DNA of 63,980 bases, filler included, from Lama guanicoe (lineage: Eukaryota), in the NCBI GenBank assembly GCA_013239625.1. It is 80 parts of 77 records of this genome, joined end to end, with 100 filler letters (N's around TTAATTAATTAA, not from the genome) between each part and the next. Parts side by side here need not be neighbours in the genome. Positions count along the whole stretch, not along the records: positions 39,281 to 40,048 come from MU056176.1; positions 40,149 to 41,002 come from PNXV01018952.1; positions 41,103 to 42,452 come from MU056177.1; positions 42,553 to 43,926 come from MU056180.1; positions 44,027 to 45,154 come from MU056182.1; positions 45,255 to 45,678 come from PNXV01018979.1; positions 45,779 to 46,780 come from MU056183.1; positions 46,881 to 47,306 come from PNXV01018986.1; 72 more parts are not named here. One strand, written 5' to 3'. The position numbers and the translations under genes were made by a program. Positions within the stretch are counted from its first letter, which is position 1. Each line of letters begins with the position of its first letter. Under the pieces are notes generated by a model. The model did no database searches and was not told the DNA's origin. It was given only the letters and a program-made list of their open reading frames with translations. Positions 39,641 to 52,290 of the stretch are shown here, in pieces.

Positions 39641-40254
39641 ATCTACGTAAGTAGTGCAAAGTGTTTTGTGAGTAGAAGAATAGGTACAATTTTGACGAGT
39701 ACATATGGGAGGGAAGATGTACAGCACAAAGTGAGCAAAGAGCAGAGTGGGGGAAGTTCAAGGCTTATTTGACAAATAGCTACTCTATCAGTTTATTTTT
39801 GTTCCAAATAGCTAAAGCTGTCTCCAGTCAGGCAGCTGCCTTACCTTTTTGAAATGTTACTGTATTTTTTTCCCCAGAAACACCAAAGTCAGTCCATAAT
39901 TAATGTATTATAATTAGATCTTCTCCCTAATTATTTCCCTTTGAGTATAAAGTTATTGTAACTGAAACTGAAAATATTTTAATGTTTTCCTAATTATAAA
40001 AATTACATATTTTCTCACATATGACTTATTAAAAATATTATATTTAATNNNNNNNNNNNNNNNNNNNNNNNNNNNNNNNNNNNNNNNNNNNNTTAATTAA
40101 TTAANNNNNNNNNNNNNNNNNNNNNNNNNNNNNNNNNNNNNNNNNNNNCCACCCCATGTCTTTGCAGCAAATCTTTAATGAGTAGTTTAAACTCAATTTC
40201 TGCATATTCTCTTGAGCCATCCCATTTTGCACCCATTCTGGCTGTTCCCCTGAT

Positions 40255-40510
40255 CCCTTGCTCTATGGAAACTGCTCTGTCAAGGCCATCAGTGACCCCA
40301 CGTTGCTAAATATAGTGGTCAGTTTTAAGTCTTCATCATGTGTGGCCCTTTGGCAGCATTTGACCCAGCTCTTCCATCACTCCTCCCCCGTGTTCCTGCT
40401 TTACTTGGCCTCCAGCCCATCGCTCTGCTTTCGATCCACTGGCTGGTCTGTTGATTTTGCCAAAGTCTCCTCTTTTTTCCAAACATTTAATGCGAATGTG
40501 TCCCGGAGTT
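40255..40510 (+). mobile_element. L2 RT-region fragment
   Basis: GAAACTGCTCTGTCAAGGCCATCAGTGACC...GCAGCATTTGAC. Confidence 0.75.
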
Positions 40511-41699
40511 GGGTCCTGCGATACCTTTGGTGGAAGAAACCAGAATTGGAAATTGACATGCCCTCAATTTCTCTATATGTCCAAAACTCCCTGATTTGCC
40601 TTTTCCATTTGGAACTCTCTCCCTGATACTCATATTCTTTTTCTTTCATTCATCTTGCTTTCACATTCATACATGTGTTCTACTGTGTAAATTACTTTTC
40701 CAAATTTTGAATCAGTCCATACATATCATGTAAAATGCTCAGATCTCTATTATTTCCACTAAGATGCTCATTCTACCTTAGAACCTTTCTGCATTTCTGT
40801 ATTTATATTAATAAAGTGAATAGTATTTCTACAAGCCTTATAGTTAAACAGTGTGTTTGTTTGGGGCTATTATGTAACATGAAATAATGATACATCAACA
40901 TAGTCCTTTTTCATTTAATTTTATATAACACCAAGATGAGGTTTTTGCACTGGAGACTGGCTTTATTGAAATTTTACCTACGTTATGGACAGTCAGTTTA
41001 TGNNNNNNNNNNNNNNNNNNNNNNNNNNNNNNNNNNNNNNNNNNNNTTAATTAATTAANNNNNNNNNNNNNNNNNNNNNNNNNNNNNNNNNNNNNNNNNN
41101 NNAGTTGACAATATGTATATATTGTAGGAAAAAATGTTACTTTCCAACCCTGCACGTATTCTAGTTTTAGTTAGAGATCAACGGATTACTGTGTTAGATG
41201 ACTTAGGTCAGACGAGGGGGCGACGGAGTCGTCTCGTGAGCCGGCCGGTGCTCTATGTCAGCCTCCTTGATCACATTCAATTTCCTTTCTCTTCAAATAG
41301 CATGCTTCTGATTTTGTGAAGTTTGGAGCCTGTCCTGAGCACATGGNNNNNNNNNNNNNNNNNNNNNNNNNNNNNNNNNNNNNNNNNNNNNNNNNNNNNN
41401 NNNNNNNNNNNNNNNNNNNNNNNNNNNNNNNNNNNNNNNNNNNNNNNNNNNNNNNNNNNNNNNNNNNNNNNNNNNNNNNNNNNNNNNNNNNNNNNNNNNN
41501 NNNNNNNNNNNNNNNNNNNNNNNNNNNNNNNNNNNNNNNNNNNNNNNNNNNNNNNNNNNNNNNNNNNNNNNNNNNNNNNNNNNTGGGATTCTATCAGGAA
41601 TGTTTAATTGGTAGACTTGTCTCCTATTTTCATGAAATAAAATAATTTTATTATTTGTTCAGTGCCTACTGTCTGGCAATGAGGTAGCCCCTTTGCATA

Positions 41700-42142
41700 T
41701 AGTTTTATCATTTAATCTCTACAGAGAGTCCTAGGAGAACACACGTGTTACAGGTGAGGGAACCAAGAACATCCAGGGTACGTGGCAGGAAGGCAGTTGG
41801 GCTGGAGGGCTTACACTCCTTCCGGCTGAGACAGAGACACCAAGGCTTATTGACAAGCATGTTGCTGAAGTGGTTTACTTAATACTTTGCTTCCTTCATG
41901 AAGTGGATCCCTTGAAATTGTTTATGTCTGGCTTATNNNNNNNNNNNNNNNNNNNNNNNNNNNNNNNNNNNNNNNNNNNNNNNNNNNNNNNNNNNNNNNN
42001 NNNNNNNNNNNNGACAAAGATCCTGGATCCTGGCTCCACCATGTACTGGAAACATGACCATCCAGAGCCTCAGTTTCTTCATGTGTTGAATGGGCTGATG
42101 GAGCTCACCTCCAAGCAGTCAGGTCAAAATGAGATGAGATGG
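41700..42142. mobile_element. Two MIR fragments (about 41700-41810 minus, 42013-42142 plus)
   Basis: TTACAGGTGAGGGAAC; GAGCCTCAGTTTCTTCATGTG. Confidence 0.6.
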
Positions 42143-42552
42143 NNNNNNNNNNNNNNNNNNNNNNNNNNNNNNNNNNNNNNNNNNNNNNNNNNNNNNNNNN
42201 NNNNNNNNNNNNNNNNNNNNNNNNNNNNNNNNNNNNNNNNNNNNNNNNNNNNNNNNNNNNNNNNNNNNNNNNNNNNNNNNNNNNNNNNNNNNNNNNNNNN
42301 NNNNNNNNNNNNNNNNNNNNNNNNNNTGCTGGGTGTAATAGTTCATTTATTAAAAAAAAAGTAGGAGTTCTCTAAACAGAATTTATTCAGTGTGCCTTGA
42401 ATATGATTCAGTTAAATATGATTTTCCTTTAAATTCTTTTCAGAAATGAAATNNNNNNNNNNNNNNNNNNNNNNNNNNNNNNNNNNNNNNNNNNNNTTAA
42501 TTAATTAANNNNNNNNNNNNNNNNNNNNNNNNNNNNNNNNNNNNNNNNNNNN

Positions 42553-43926
42553 CGTTCGTTCATCCAGCACAAAGGGATCGGGTTGCAGGAGAAACACTTA
42601 CCGTGGATTCTCAGTCTGTTCCCCAGTGCCGTTTTGAAGAGCCTGCCGTTTTCACTGTAAAACCGAGTTTGAGCTTGAACCACCCCATATATATGTATGG
42701 AGTGGAGTTGGCAACTGAAAAGAAACTTTGTGTTCCCTTCAAGCTAGGTGAAGGACGGCTTTCACACACACTTATCTCTCAGAACTGAGCATGTGGAGAG
42801 GCGTTCNNNNNNNNNNNNNNNNNNNNNNNNNNNNNNNNNNNNNNNNNNNNNNNNNNNNNNNNNNNNNNNNNNNNNNNNNNNNNNNNNNNNNNNNNNNNNN
42901 NNNNNNNNNNNNNNNNNNNNNNNNNNNNNNNNNNNNNNNNNNNNNNNNNNNNNNNNNNNNNNNNNNNNNNNNNNNNNNNNNNNNNNNNNNNNNNNNNNNN
43001 NNNNNNNNNNNNNNNNNNNNNNNNNNNNNNNNNNNNNNNNNNNNNNNNNNNNNNNNNNNNNNNNNNNNNNNNNNNNNNNNNNNNNNNNNNNNNNNNNNNN
43101 NNNNNNNNNNNNNNNNNNNNNNNNNNNNNNNNNNNNNNNNNNNNNGAGTTGGAGCTTGTACCTCCCCATATATATGTATGGAGTGGAGTTTGAAACTGAA
43201 AAGAAGCTTTGTGTTCCCTTCAAGCTAGGTGAAGGACGGCTTTCACACACACTTATGTCTCAGAACAGAGCATGTGGTCAGACGTTCGTCCATCCAGCAC
43301 AAAGGGAACGGTTTGCAGGAGGAATAATTACTCTGGTTTCTCAGTCTGTTTCCTAGTGCCGGTTTGAAGTGCCTGCCGTTTTCACTGTAAAACCGAGTTG
43401 GAGCTTGTACCTCCCCATATATATGTATGGAGTGGAGTTGGCAACNNNNNNNNNNNNNNNNNNNNNNNNNNNNNNNNNNNNNNNNNNNNNNNNNNNNNNN
43501 NNNNNNNNNNNNNNNNNNNNNNNNNNNNNNNNNNNNNNNNNNNNNNNNNNNNNNNNNNNNNNNNNNNNNNNNNNNNNNNNNNNNNNNNNNNNNNNNNNNN
43601 NNNNNNNNNNNNNNNNNNNNNNNNNNNNNNNNNNNNNNNNNNNNNNNNNNNNNNNNNNNNNNNNNNNNNNNNNNNNNNNNNNNNNNNNNNNNNNNNNNNN
43701 NNNNNNNNNNNNNNNNNNNNNNNNNNNNNNNNNNNNNNNNNNNNNNNNNNNNNNNNNNNNNNNNNNNNNNNNNNNNNNNNNNNNNNNNNNNNNNNNNNNN
43801 NNNNNNNNNNNNNNNNNNNNNNNNNNNNNNNNNNNNNNNNNNNNNNNNCTCAGTTTGTAGTTCCGGTTTGAAGTGCGTGCCGTTTTCACTGTAAAAGAGA
43901 GTTGGAGCTTGTACCTCCCCATATAT
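42553..43926 (-). repeat. Satellite C
   Basis: Homogeneous monomers: GTTCCCTTCAAGCTAGGTGAAGGACGGCTTTCACAC. Confidence 0.95.
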
Positions 43927-44026
43927 NNNNNNNNNNNNNNNNNNNNNNNNNNNNNNNNNNNNNNNNNNNNTTAATTAATTAANNNNNNNNNNNNNNNNNN
44001 NNNNNNNNNNNNNNNNNNNNNNNNNN

Positions 44027-45154
44027 AAACACTTACTCTGGTTTTTCAGTCTGTTTCCTAGTGCCTGTTTGAAGTACCTGCAGTTTTCTCTGTAAAATCG
44101 AGATGGAGCTTGTACCTCCCCATATATATGTATGGAGTGGTGTCTGCCACTGAGGAGAAACTTTGTGTTCCCAACAAGCTAGGTGAAGGACAGCTTTCTC
44201 ACATGCTTAACACTCAAAATGAGGATGTGGAGAGACGTTCGTTCATCTAACACAAAGGGAACAGGTTGCAGGAGAAACACTTACTCTTGTTTCTCAGTCT
44301 GTTTCCTAGTGGCGGTTTGAAGTTCCTGCCAGTTTTCACTGTAAAACCGAGTTGGAGATTATACCTCGCCATATATATGTATGTACTGGAGTTAGCAACT
44401 GAAGAGAAACTTTGTGTTCCCAACAAGCTAGGTGAAGTACGGCTTTCACACACGCTTAACTCTCAAAACTGATCCTGTGGAGAGACGTTCGTTCTTCTAG
44501 CACAAAGGGAACAGGTTGCAGGGGAAACACTTACTATGGTTTCTCAGTCTGTTTCCTAGTGCCGGTATGATGTTCCTGCAAATTTCACTGTAAAACCGAG
44601 TTAGAGCTTGAACTTCCCCATATATATGTACCGAGTGGTGTCGCAATTGAAGAGAAACTTTGTGTTCCAAACAAGCTAGTTGAAGGACGGCTTTCACACA
44701 CGCTTAACTCTCAAAACTGAGCATGTGGAGAGACGTTCGTTCATCTAGCACAAAGGGAACACGTTGCAAGAGAAACACTTACTCTGGTTTCTCTATCTGT
44801 TTCCCAGGGCCGGTTTGAACTTCCTGTATTTTTCACCGTAAAACCGNNNNNNNNNNNNNNNNNNNNNNNNNNNNNNNNNNNNNNNNNNNNNNNNNNNNNN
44901 NNNNNNNNNNNNNNNNNNNNNNNNNNNNNNNNNNNNNNNNNNNNNNNNNNNNNNNNNNNNNNNNNNNNNNNNNNNNNNNNNNNNNNNNNNNNNNNNNNNN
45001 NNNNNNNNNNNNNNNNNNNNNNNNNNNNNNNNNNNNNNNNNNNNNNNNNNNTTCCTAGTGCCGGTTTGAAGTTCCTGCAATTTTCACTGTAAACCCAAGT
45101 TGGAACTTGTACCTCCCCATATATATGTATGAAGTGGAGTTTCAACTGAAGAGA
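44027..45154 (-). repeat. Satellite C, variant subfamily
   Basis: AAACACTTACT at 44027, 44275, 44525 and 44773 (period 248-250). Confidence 0.96.
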
Positions 45155-45254
45155 NNNNNNNNNNNNNNNNNNNNNNNNNNNNNNNNNNNNNNNNNNNNTT
45201 AATTAATTAANNNNNNNNNNNNNNNNNNNNNNNNNNNNNNNNNNNNNNNNNNNN

Positions 45255-45678
45255 AATCTCCATACTGTTTTCCACAGTGGCAGCACAAATTTATATTCAC
45301 TTACTCAGTGCAGCAGTGTGCTTTTTCTTACATCCCCACTAATATTTATATTTGTTACATTTTTGATCATAGTCATTCTTACAGGAGTGACATAATATCT
45401 CATTGTGTTTTGGACTTGCTTTTTTCTGATGGTTAGTGATGTCGACTATTTTCATGTGCCTATTGATTACCTTTCCCCCACTGTATATTCATTTTTTTGT
45501 AATGGACTAAATGACCATAACTGTCTGATTTCATTTAAATTTTTACGCATTCTGTTGTGTTCCATTAGTCTCTTTGTTCTGTGCCACTACCATAATCATT
45601 GCTGTATCATTGTATTATAGTTTAAAATCTGGGACAGTGATACATCCTCTTTGTTCTTTGTCAAACTTGTTTGTGTTT
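45255..45678 (-). mobile_element. L1 ORF2 3' fragment
   Basis: CTCCATACTGTTTTCCACAGTGGC...ATATCTCATTGTG. Confidence 0.9.
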
Positions 45679-45778
45679 NNNNNNNNNNNNNNNNNNNNNN
45701 NNNNNNNNNNNNNNNNNNNNNNTTAATTAATTAANNNNNNNNNNNNNNNNNNNNNNNNNNNNNNNNNNNNNNNNNNNN

Positions 45779-46650
45779 TACTCAGCTCGAAATAGAATAA
45801 GTTCTTGCCATTTGCAACAAAGGGAAGTTCGAGAGGGAAATATGCTAAGTGAAATATGTCTAAAATTGAATGAGAAATGCCGAATGATTTACTCATGTTT
45901 GGAATTTAAAACAAATGAACATAACCACACAGAAAATGAATTATTGATATAGAAAGAAACAGGTTGTTCACAAGAAGGAGGGAAATGGTGTGAGGAAAAG
46001 AAAATGTAAGGAAAAGAAAAAGTTGAGGAAATTAAGAGGAAATTACATGATACTTGTAAATAATATCACTATTTCTTGTCTCCAGGGACAAGAAATGTAC
46101 TGAAAGGGGAATAGCCAATAAGTACTAAATATCTTTAAATAGCAACATATCATAACCAGAAATAAACTGGTGAACAGTTTGAAATATATTAAAAACGGCA
46201 AACAGTATGTTGTGTAAGAGAAACAAACACAGTGTTATAGATAAATCTACACTTCANNNNNNNNNNNNNNNNNNNNNNNNNNNNNNNNNNNNNNNNNNNN
46301 NNNNNNNNNNNNNNNNNNNNNNNNNNNNNNNNNNNNNNNNNNNNNNNNNNNNNNNNNNNNNNNNNNNNNNNNNNNNNNNNNNNNNNNNNNNNNNNNNNNN
46401 NNNNNNNNNNNNNNNNNNNNNNNNNNNNNNNNNNNNNNNNNNNNNNNNNNNNNNNNNNNNNNNNNNNNNNNNNNNNNNNNNNNNNNNNNNNNNNNNNNNN
46501 NNNNNNNNNNNNNNNNNNNNNNNNNNNNNNNNNNNNNNNNNNNNNNNNNNNNNNNNNNNNNNNNATGATACTAGTAAATCAAATCACTATCCTGTGCACC
46601 TAAACTTACACAATGTTTTATGCCAATTATATTTAAATAAAATCAGAAGA
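45779..46650 (+). mobile_element. L1 3' UTR fragments
   Basis: TTGCCATTTGCAACA...ATGCTAAGTGAAAT; TGTGCACCTAAACTTACACAATGTTTTATGCCAATTATATT. Confidence 0.75.
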
Positions 46651-46880
46651 AAAAATGGAAATCAATTGTATTGTTTTCCCATGTCATTTCTAATGATTTA
46701 TTGGCAGCAAGAAACTTTATTCATGATATAATTATCCTGGGAAAAGATACTAATCAGTAAGTGATTCTAATAAATTTTACNNNNNNNNNNNNNNNNNNNN
46801 NNNNNNNNNNNNNNNNNNNNNNNNTTAATTAATTAANNNNNNNNNNNNNNNNNNNNNNNNNNNNNNNNNNNNNNNNNNNN

Positions 46881-47306
46881 TGCTGCCACCTAGGGTAGCC
46901 TATGCCACATGACCGCCATTTCTAATAACCTCAGATCTAGTGAATTTCACAGACTGGCAATTCTTAAAAGAATTCAGCAGTTTAAAATTTATCCTAAAAG
47001 AATGGTTGAGAAATCTACCCTGAATAGAAATGCAGCAAGAAGAAATGGAAAGAAGAAACCATTATTGGAAATGCAAGAAGAGCATGAGTGGCAAAGAAGC
47101 AATAAGAAGAAGGCAAGTAGGACATCAAAACCCTAAATATGGGAGAGGTAAGCAGGAAATCATAGGTGATTGGAAGCACTCTCTTAAGTTAATCAGCTTA
47201 TTTGACTCTCTGAAGAGAAAGGGGAGATGCATCGCCTGACTTGTTTGCGAAAAAAGCTAGAAGACGACCAACAAAGAATCAAACCTAAAAACAAGCACCA
47301 AAATGG
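46881..47306 (+). repeat. Near-identical copy of 10121-10515 (inverted)
   Basis: Direct comparison; both carry the same 75-codon ORF with one amino-acid difference. Confidence 0.95.
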
Positions 47307-48681
47307 NNNNNNNNNNNNNNNNNNNNNNNNNNNNNNNNNNNNNNNNNNNNTTAATTAATTAANNNNNNNNNNNNNNNNNNNNNNNNNNNNNNNNNNNNNN
47401 NNNNNNTCCAAGCCGGCGAGGAGAGCCGCCCCCACGGTCACTGGGTCACTGCATCTGCACAAGTGCGCGGCGGCCGCTGCTGAACCCAGATCCTAACGCG
47501 AAGCGATACCCACCGCACACTGATGCGCCCCTGTGAACATGCCCACAGTCCTGATCCGCGGCGTTGGAGGGAGTTCCCTTTCTCCTTTGTCCTCTGGAGG
47601 CTGCAGGGCCTGGTGATGCTCTGGCTCCACAGCAGAGATTCCGCAAATGATTGTGTCTTGCTTTTGCTTAATGGTGTCCCTGTGGATCCTAGTAGTGAAG
47701 GTCACTTGAAAATTTTTCCCTGGCTCAAGCTCTGAAAGAATTTCCCTTTCAGGGCTTGAAAACTAAAGTCAGAGAACTCACCCAGCAAGACGACGATTTT
47801 GTAGACTTCTCCCTTGGNNNNNNNNNNNNNNNNNNNNNNNNNNNNNNNNNNNNNNNNNNNNNNNNNNNNNNNNNNNNNNNNNNNNNNNNNNNNNNNNNNN
47901 NNNNNNNNNNNNNNNNNNNNNNNNNNNNNNNNNNNNNNNNNNNNNNNNNNNNNNNNNNNNNNNNNNNNNNNNNNNNNNNNNNNNNNNNNNNNNNNNNNNN
48001 NNNNNNNNNNNNNNNNNNNNNNNNNNNNNNNNNNNNNNNNNNNNNNNNNNNNNNNNNNNNNNNNNNNNNNNNNNNNNNNNNNNNNNNNNNNNNNNNNNNN
48101 NNNNNNNNNNNNNNNNNNNNNNNNNNNNNNNNNNNNNNNNNNNNNNNNNNNNNNNNNNNNNNNNNNNNNNNNNNNNNNNNNNNNNNNNNNNNNNNNNNNN
48201 NNNNNNNNNNNNNNNNNNNNNNNNNNNNNNNNNNNNNNNNNNNNNNNNNNNNNNNNNNNNNNNNNNNNNNNNNNNNNNNNNNNNNNNNNNNNNNNNNNNN
48301 NNNNNNNNNNNNNNNNNNNNNNNNNNNNNNNNNNNNNNCATAAATAATAGCCACCATAACCCTACTGCCCTGAGATAACCAAAATGTAATTTGTATATTC
48401 CTTGGGGGCAGGAACTGCACATTAATTGTAAGTCCACCACAGGGCTCAGCTCAGAGTCTTGCACAGATGAGGGCCTTGGTTTCAACCCTGACTGAGCATC
48501 TGTGGAACCAAAAATAAGTACATAAACAGAACGAGTAGCCTGGGCTCTACCTCAGGCCTATACATATTTTTTCAGTGGTGGNNNNNNNNNNNNNNNNNNN
48601 NNNNNNNNNNNNNNNNNNNNNNNNNTTAATTAATTAANNNNNNNNNNNNNNNNNNNNNNNNNNNNNNNNNNNNNNNNNNNN

Positions 48682-48929
48682 TGGAAAGTTATACCATGTT
48701 TTTGGACTGAAGAATCAATATTGTTAAAATGATGATACTACCTCATGCAATGCACAGATGCTATGCAATCCACATCAAAATACTAATGGCATGATTCACA
48801 GAACTAGAATAGATAATTCTAAAGTTTGTATGGAAACACACAAGAATCCAAGTAGCCAAAACAACCTTGAGAAAGATCAGACCTGGAGAAATCATATTCC
48901 CTCCCTTTAGACTATACTACAAAGCTACA
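48682..48929 (+). mobile_element. L1 ORF2 fragment
   Basis: GAAGAATCAATATTGTTAAAATG...AGACTATACTACAAAGCTACA. Confidence 0.93.
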
Positions 48930-49029
48930 NNNNNNNNNNNNNNNNNNNNNNNNNNNNNNNNNNNNNNNNNNNNTTAATTAATTAANNNNNNNNNNNNNNN
49001 NNNNNNNNNNNNNNNNNNNNNNNNNNNNN

Positions 49030-49701
49030 CTCAGGCCAAGCTGCGGAAAAGATGGGAGCTAAACCCCCAGCTCCCAAGTGGCAGGTTCCATACCCCCGCC
49101 AACACCCCGCAGCCCCCGCACCCTACCGCAAATCCGGGGAAATATGACCCGAAGAAGTGTGACCTGGGAACGAGGGGCAGCAGAGGCCGCCCCAAAGTCA
49201 GGCCTCCAGAGAGATTGGTGCTTATCCTCCAGCTCTCCAGGGGCAGCCCCCTGTCCTCTCCACCTCCTGATCTCACTGCGCCCACCTCCCAGGAGCAATC
49301 AGACCGGGTGTGGGGTGTCAGGCGAATCTTGCGCCGGAGAGGACGAGGAGAGGACGAGGCCAGGTCAGGGGAGAGGAGAAGAAGTGGCCCCATTAGGCGG
49401 GGCAGCCGGCCGTCGCAACTGCCTCTGCCCCTCGACCGCATCGGGCCCGTCTCCCAGGAGCAAGCTGACCTGGAGACGGGCATCCGGCTTCTTGGGCAGC
49501 AGAGGACGCCCCCAGGATTGGTCGTGAGGAAGAGGAGAGCAAATTGACAGGCTCCGCGCTGCAGGTCTTCTACCACCGCCATCGCCACCCCCGCATCTTA
49601 AAGGCACCGCCCAGTGCGCCCCTCCCCCAGCAGGCTGAGTGGGACTGCTGCATCTGGTGATCTGGGGCAGGAGAGGCCACTCCCACACCAGGCCATCAGG
49701 G
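49030..49701 (+). repeat. GC-rich diverged tandem repeat E (about 156-171-bp units)
   Basis: CTCCCAGGAGCA-like at 49286, 49451, 49622; GGGCAGCAGAGG-like at 49175, 49331, 49494, 49665. Confidence 0.75.
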
Positions 49702-50001
49702 NNNNNNNNNNNNNNNNNNNNNNNNNNNNNNNNNNNNNNNNNNNNTTAATTAATTAANNNNNNNNNNNNNNNNNNNNNNNNNNNNNNNNNNNNNNNNNNN
49801 NTTCCCTCTCAGCCTCTGGGCACCTCTATTGAAAACCCTTCATAGCTGTCGGGCTGCTGGAAAAACACTCTGCCTATTATGCTCTGAATAAGTTTTCAGT
49901 TTATAACTCATTTCTACTCCTTGGAAAACAACTGAAAAAAACTCAGTTGGTTTTCCACCAGCCATGGGCAGGGGTGAGGGGTACCTTCTTATTATTTCAT
50001 A

Positions 50002-50079
50002 AAATAATAATAATAATAAATAGTAATAGTAATAGTAGTAATAGTAGTAGTTGTAGTAGTAGTAGTAGTAGTAATAATG

Positions 50080-50118
<39 letters not shown>
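50002..50118 (+). repeat. Compound (AAT)n/(AGT)n microsatellite
   Basis: Directly visible. Confidence 0.97.
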
Positions 50119-50121
<3 letters not shown>

Positions 50122-50524
50122 GAAGTCTTAAAATAGCACTGGGCACATTGGAGAGAGTCAATCAGTGCTTCCTGGGTTAAATCGAAAGTGCTAACTCAGT
50201 GATTCCAAGGCTGCTGTATTTGCTGAGCTAGTTATTCCTTTGCTCCATTACACATATTTTTTAACTGAAAAAGAAATTGAAGCAAATGGCTCAAAAAATT
50301 CAAACAGAGCACCAATATACACAAGTGAAAGAAGTTTTCCCTCATTCTCTGTTCTGTCTGCCCTCCCTGGTAATGCCACTGTTTACTATCCTTTGGGTGA
50401 TTTTCCATATATGCTATGCACATTCCCAACTATGTATGTAAATTCCTTTAAGGTTTTAGCTATTTTTAACTTAAAGTGATTTAAATCCTCAAGTGGCTTC
50501 TAGCCGGGTAATAGAACAGAACAA
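50119..50524 (+). repeat. Paralog of 53155-53556 (segmental duplication)
   Basis: Colinear alignment, roughly 85-90% identical by eye. Confidence 0.92.
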
Positions 50525-50624
50525 NNNNNNNNNNNNNNNNNNNNNNNNNNNNNNNNNNNNNNNNNNNNTTAATTAATTAANNNNNNNNNNNNNNNNNNNN
50601 NNNNNNNNNNNNNNNNNNNNNNNN

Positions 50625-51323
50625 GCTTGGGGGGTTTGTAGGAAGTCCCTGTGGCAGAGGCTGCCTCCCCAAGATAAGGGAAGTTATTTCTCGGACTTTC
50701 CCGAAGAGGGACCACCTGTGACTGAAGAGGGCTGCGTGGAGTGGTCTCTCGAGCTCCCCCCGCACTGACAATGGTTCCGGACTCCTGAGCGTGTGGAGGT
50801 TCCACCAACGGTCAGCAGAGCGTGGGTTCTTACGGAATGCATACGCTGGCCTCCCCTGAGGATTTTCCTAATGTCCCTCTGACAGGGAATGCTAGGGGTG
50901 TTTGCAGGAAATCCCAGTCACGGAGGCTGCCTCCCCAAGATCAGAAAAGGTATTTCTCGGTCTTCCCCGAACAAGGAATACCAGTGACTGAAGAGAGCTG
51001 CGTGGAGTTGTCTCTCGAGCTCCCCACGCAATGATAATGTTTCCGGAATCCTTACCGTGGGGAGGTACCTCCATTGTTCGACAGCGCGTGGGTTTTAACG
51101 TAATGCCTCAGCTCGTCTCCCCTGACAATTTTCCTTATGTCTCTGTGCCAGGGAAAGCTTGGGAACAGCGCGTGGGTTTTAACGTAATGCCTCAGCTCGT
51201 CTCCCCTGACAATTTTCCTTATGTCTCTGTGCCAGGGAAATCTTGGGGGGTTTGCAGGAAGTCCCTGTGGCAATGGCTGCCTCCCCAAATTCAGGCAAGG
51301 TATTTCTCGGACTTCCCCGAAGA
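50625..51323 (-). repeat. Satellite D, with an internal 84-bp tandem duplication (51081-51247)
   Basis: Reverse complement of the 55431-56300 monomer. Confidence 0.93.
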
Positions 51324-52290
51324 NNNNNNNNNNNNNNNNNNNNNNNNNNNNNNNNNNNNNNNNNNNNTTAATTAATTAANNNNNNNNNNNNNNNNNNNNN
51401 NNNNNNNNNNNNNNNNNNNNNNNTGACGTTAGAATCACAGAGAATCATAGAGCACCTCCTCCACATCAGGCCTGGCAGCACGTGCCAGGCCTGTGGGACG
51501 GTCACCTGTGGGACCGCCATGAGCGCTCGCCAGACTAAAGGCCCGAGGCCGTAGGCCGGGGGGACACAGCTCCCCTCAATCTCCCGAGTAAAGGGGGACC
51601 ACCCATCGGCAAAGACATCTCACCCTCTTCTGCCCGAGGGACAACTTGAAAGATACACAGGGAATTACGGTAGAGGGTGAGGGGCTAGGCAGCCCAGAAG
51701 AGCTCGTCTGCACTTCCAAGACATAGTGGGGCCTTTGACCTAGTCACAGGGAGAAAGTGAGGACGAATTTTTCCCTGCCCTGTCCCATTCTTTGTGACAC
51801 GCCTTTCCCTGCGTATGGAGCTCATTCGGAAGCCCCTGGCAGTGTTTCTGATGTCATAACTTGGTATGGCGGCTGTCAGGCAGGGTAGAGGGCCTGAGCC
51901 GTGTTGGTGCTGGGCCTGGGAGGCAGGAGACATCGGCTCCACCCCCAGCTCAACCAGCGCTTCGTTCTGCATCTCGGGATTCAGAGTCTCATCTATAAGC
52001 AAAGGGANNNNNNNNNNNNNNNNNNNNNNNNNNNNNNNNNNNNNNNNNNNNNNNNNNNNNNNNNNNNNNNNNNNNNNNNNNNNNNNNNNNNNNNNNNNNN
52101 NNNNNNNNNNNNNNNNNNNNNNNNNNNNNNNNNTACTTATCCTACTGTATGTAAAATACTATCATTTTGACATGTAATCAATATAGAAAGNNNNNNNNNN
52201 NNNNNNNNNNNNNNNNNNNNNNNNNNNNNNNNNNTTAATTAATTAANNNNNNNNNNNNNNNNNNNNNNNNNNNNNNNNNNNNNNNNNNNN

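Noticed and set aside
47407..47520. Possible further member of repeat E
   Set aside because: Only two short GC-rich motif matches, with inconsistent spacing.
51081..51247. Exact short tandem duplications (84 bp here; 29 bp at 34953-35009; 186-bp period at 52291-52630; 15 bp near 15483 and 54278)
   Set aside because: Perfect copies inside diverged repeats in low-quality scaffolds may be gap-filling or overlap artefacts; they cannot be supported without reads.
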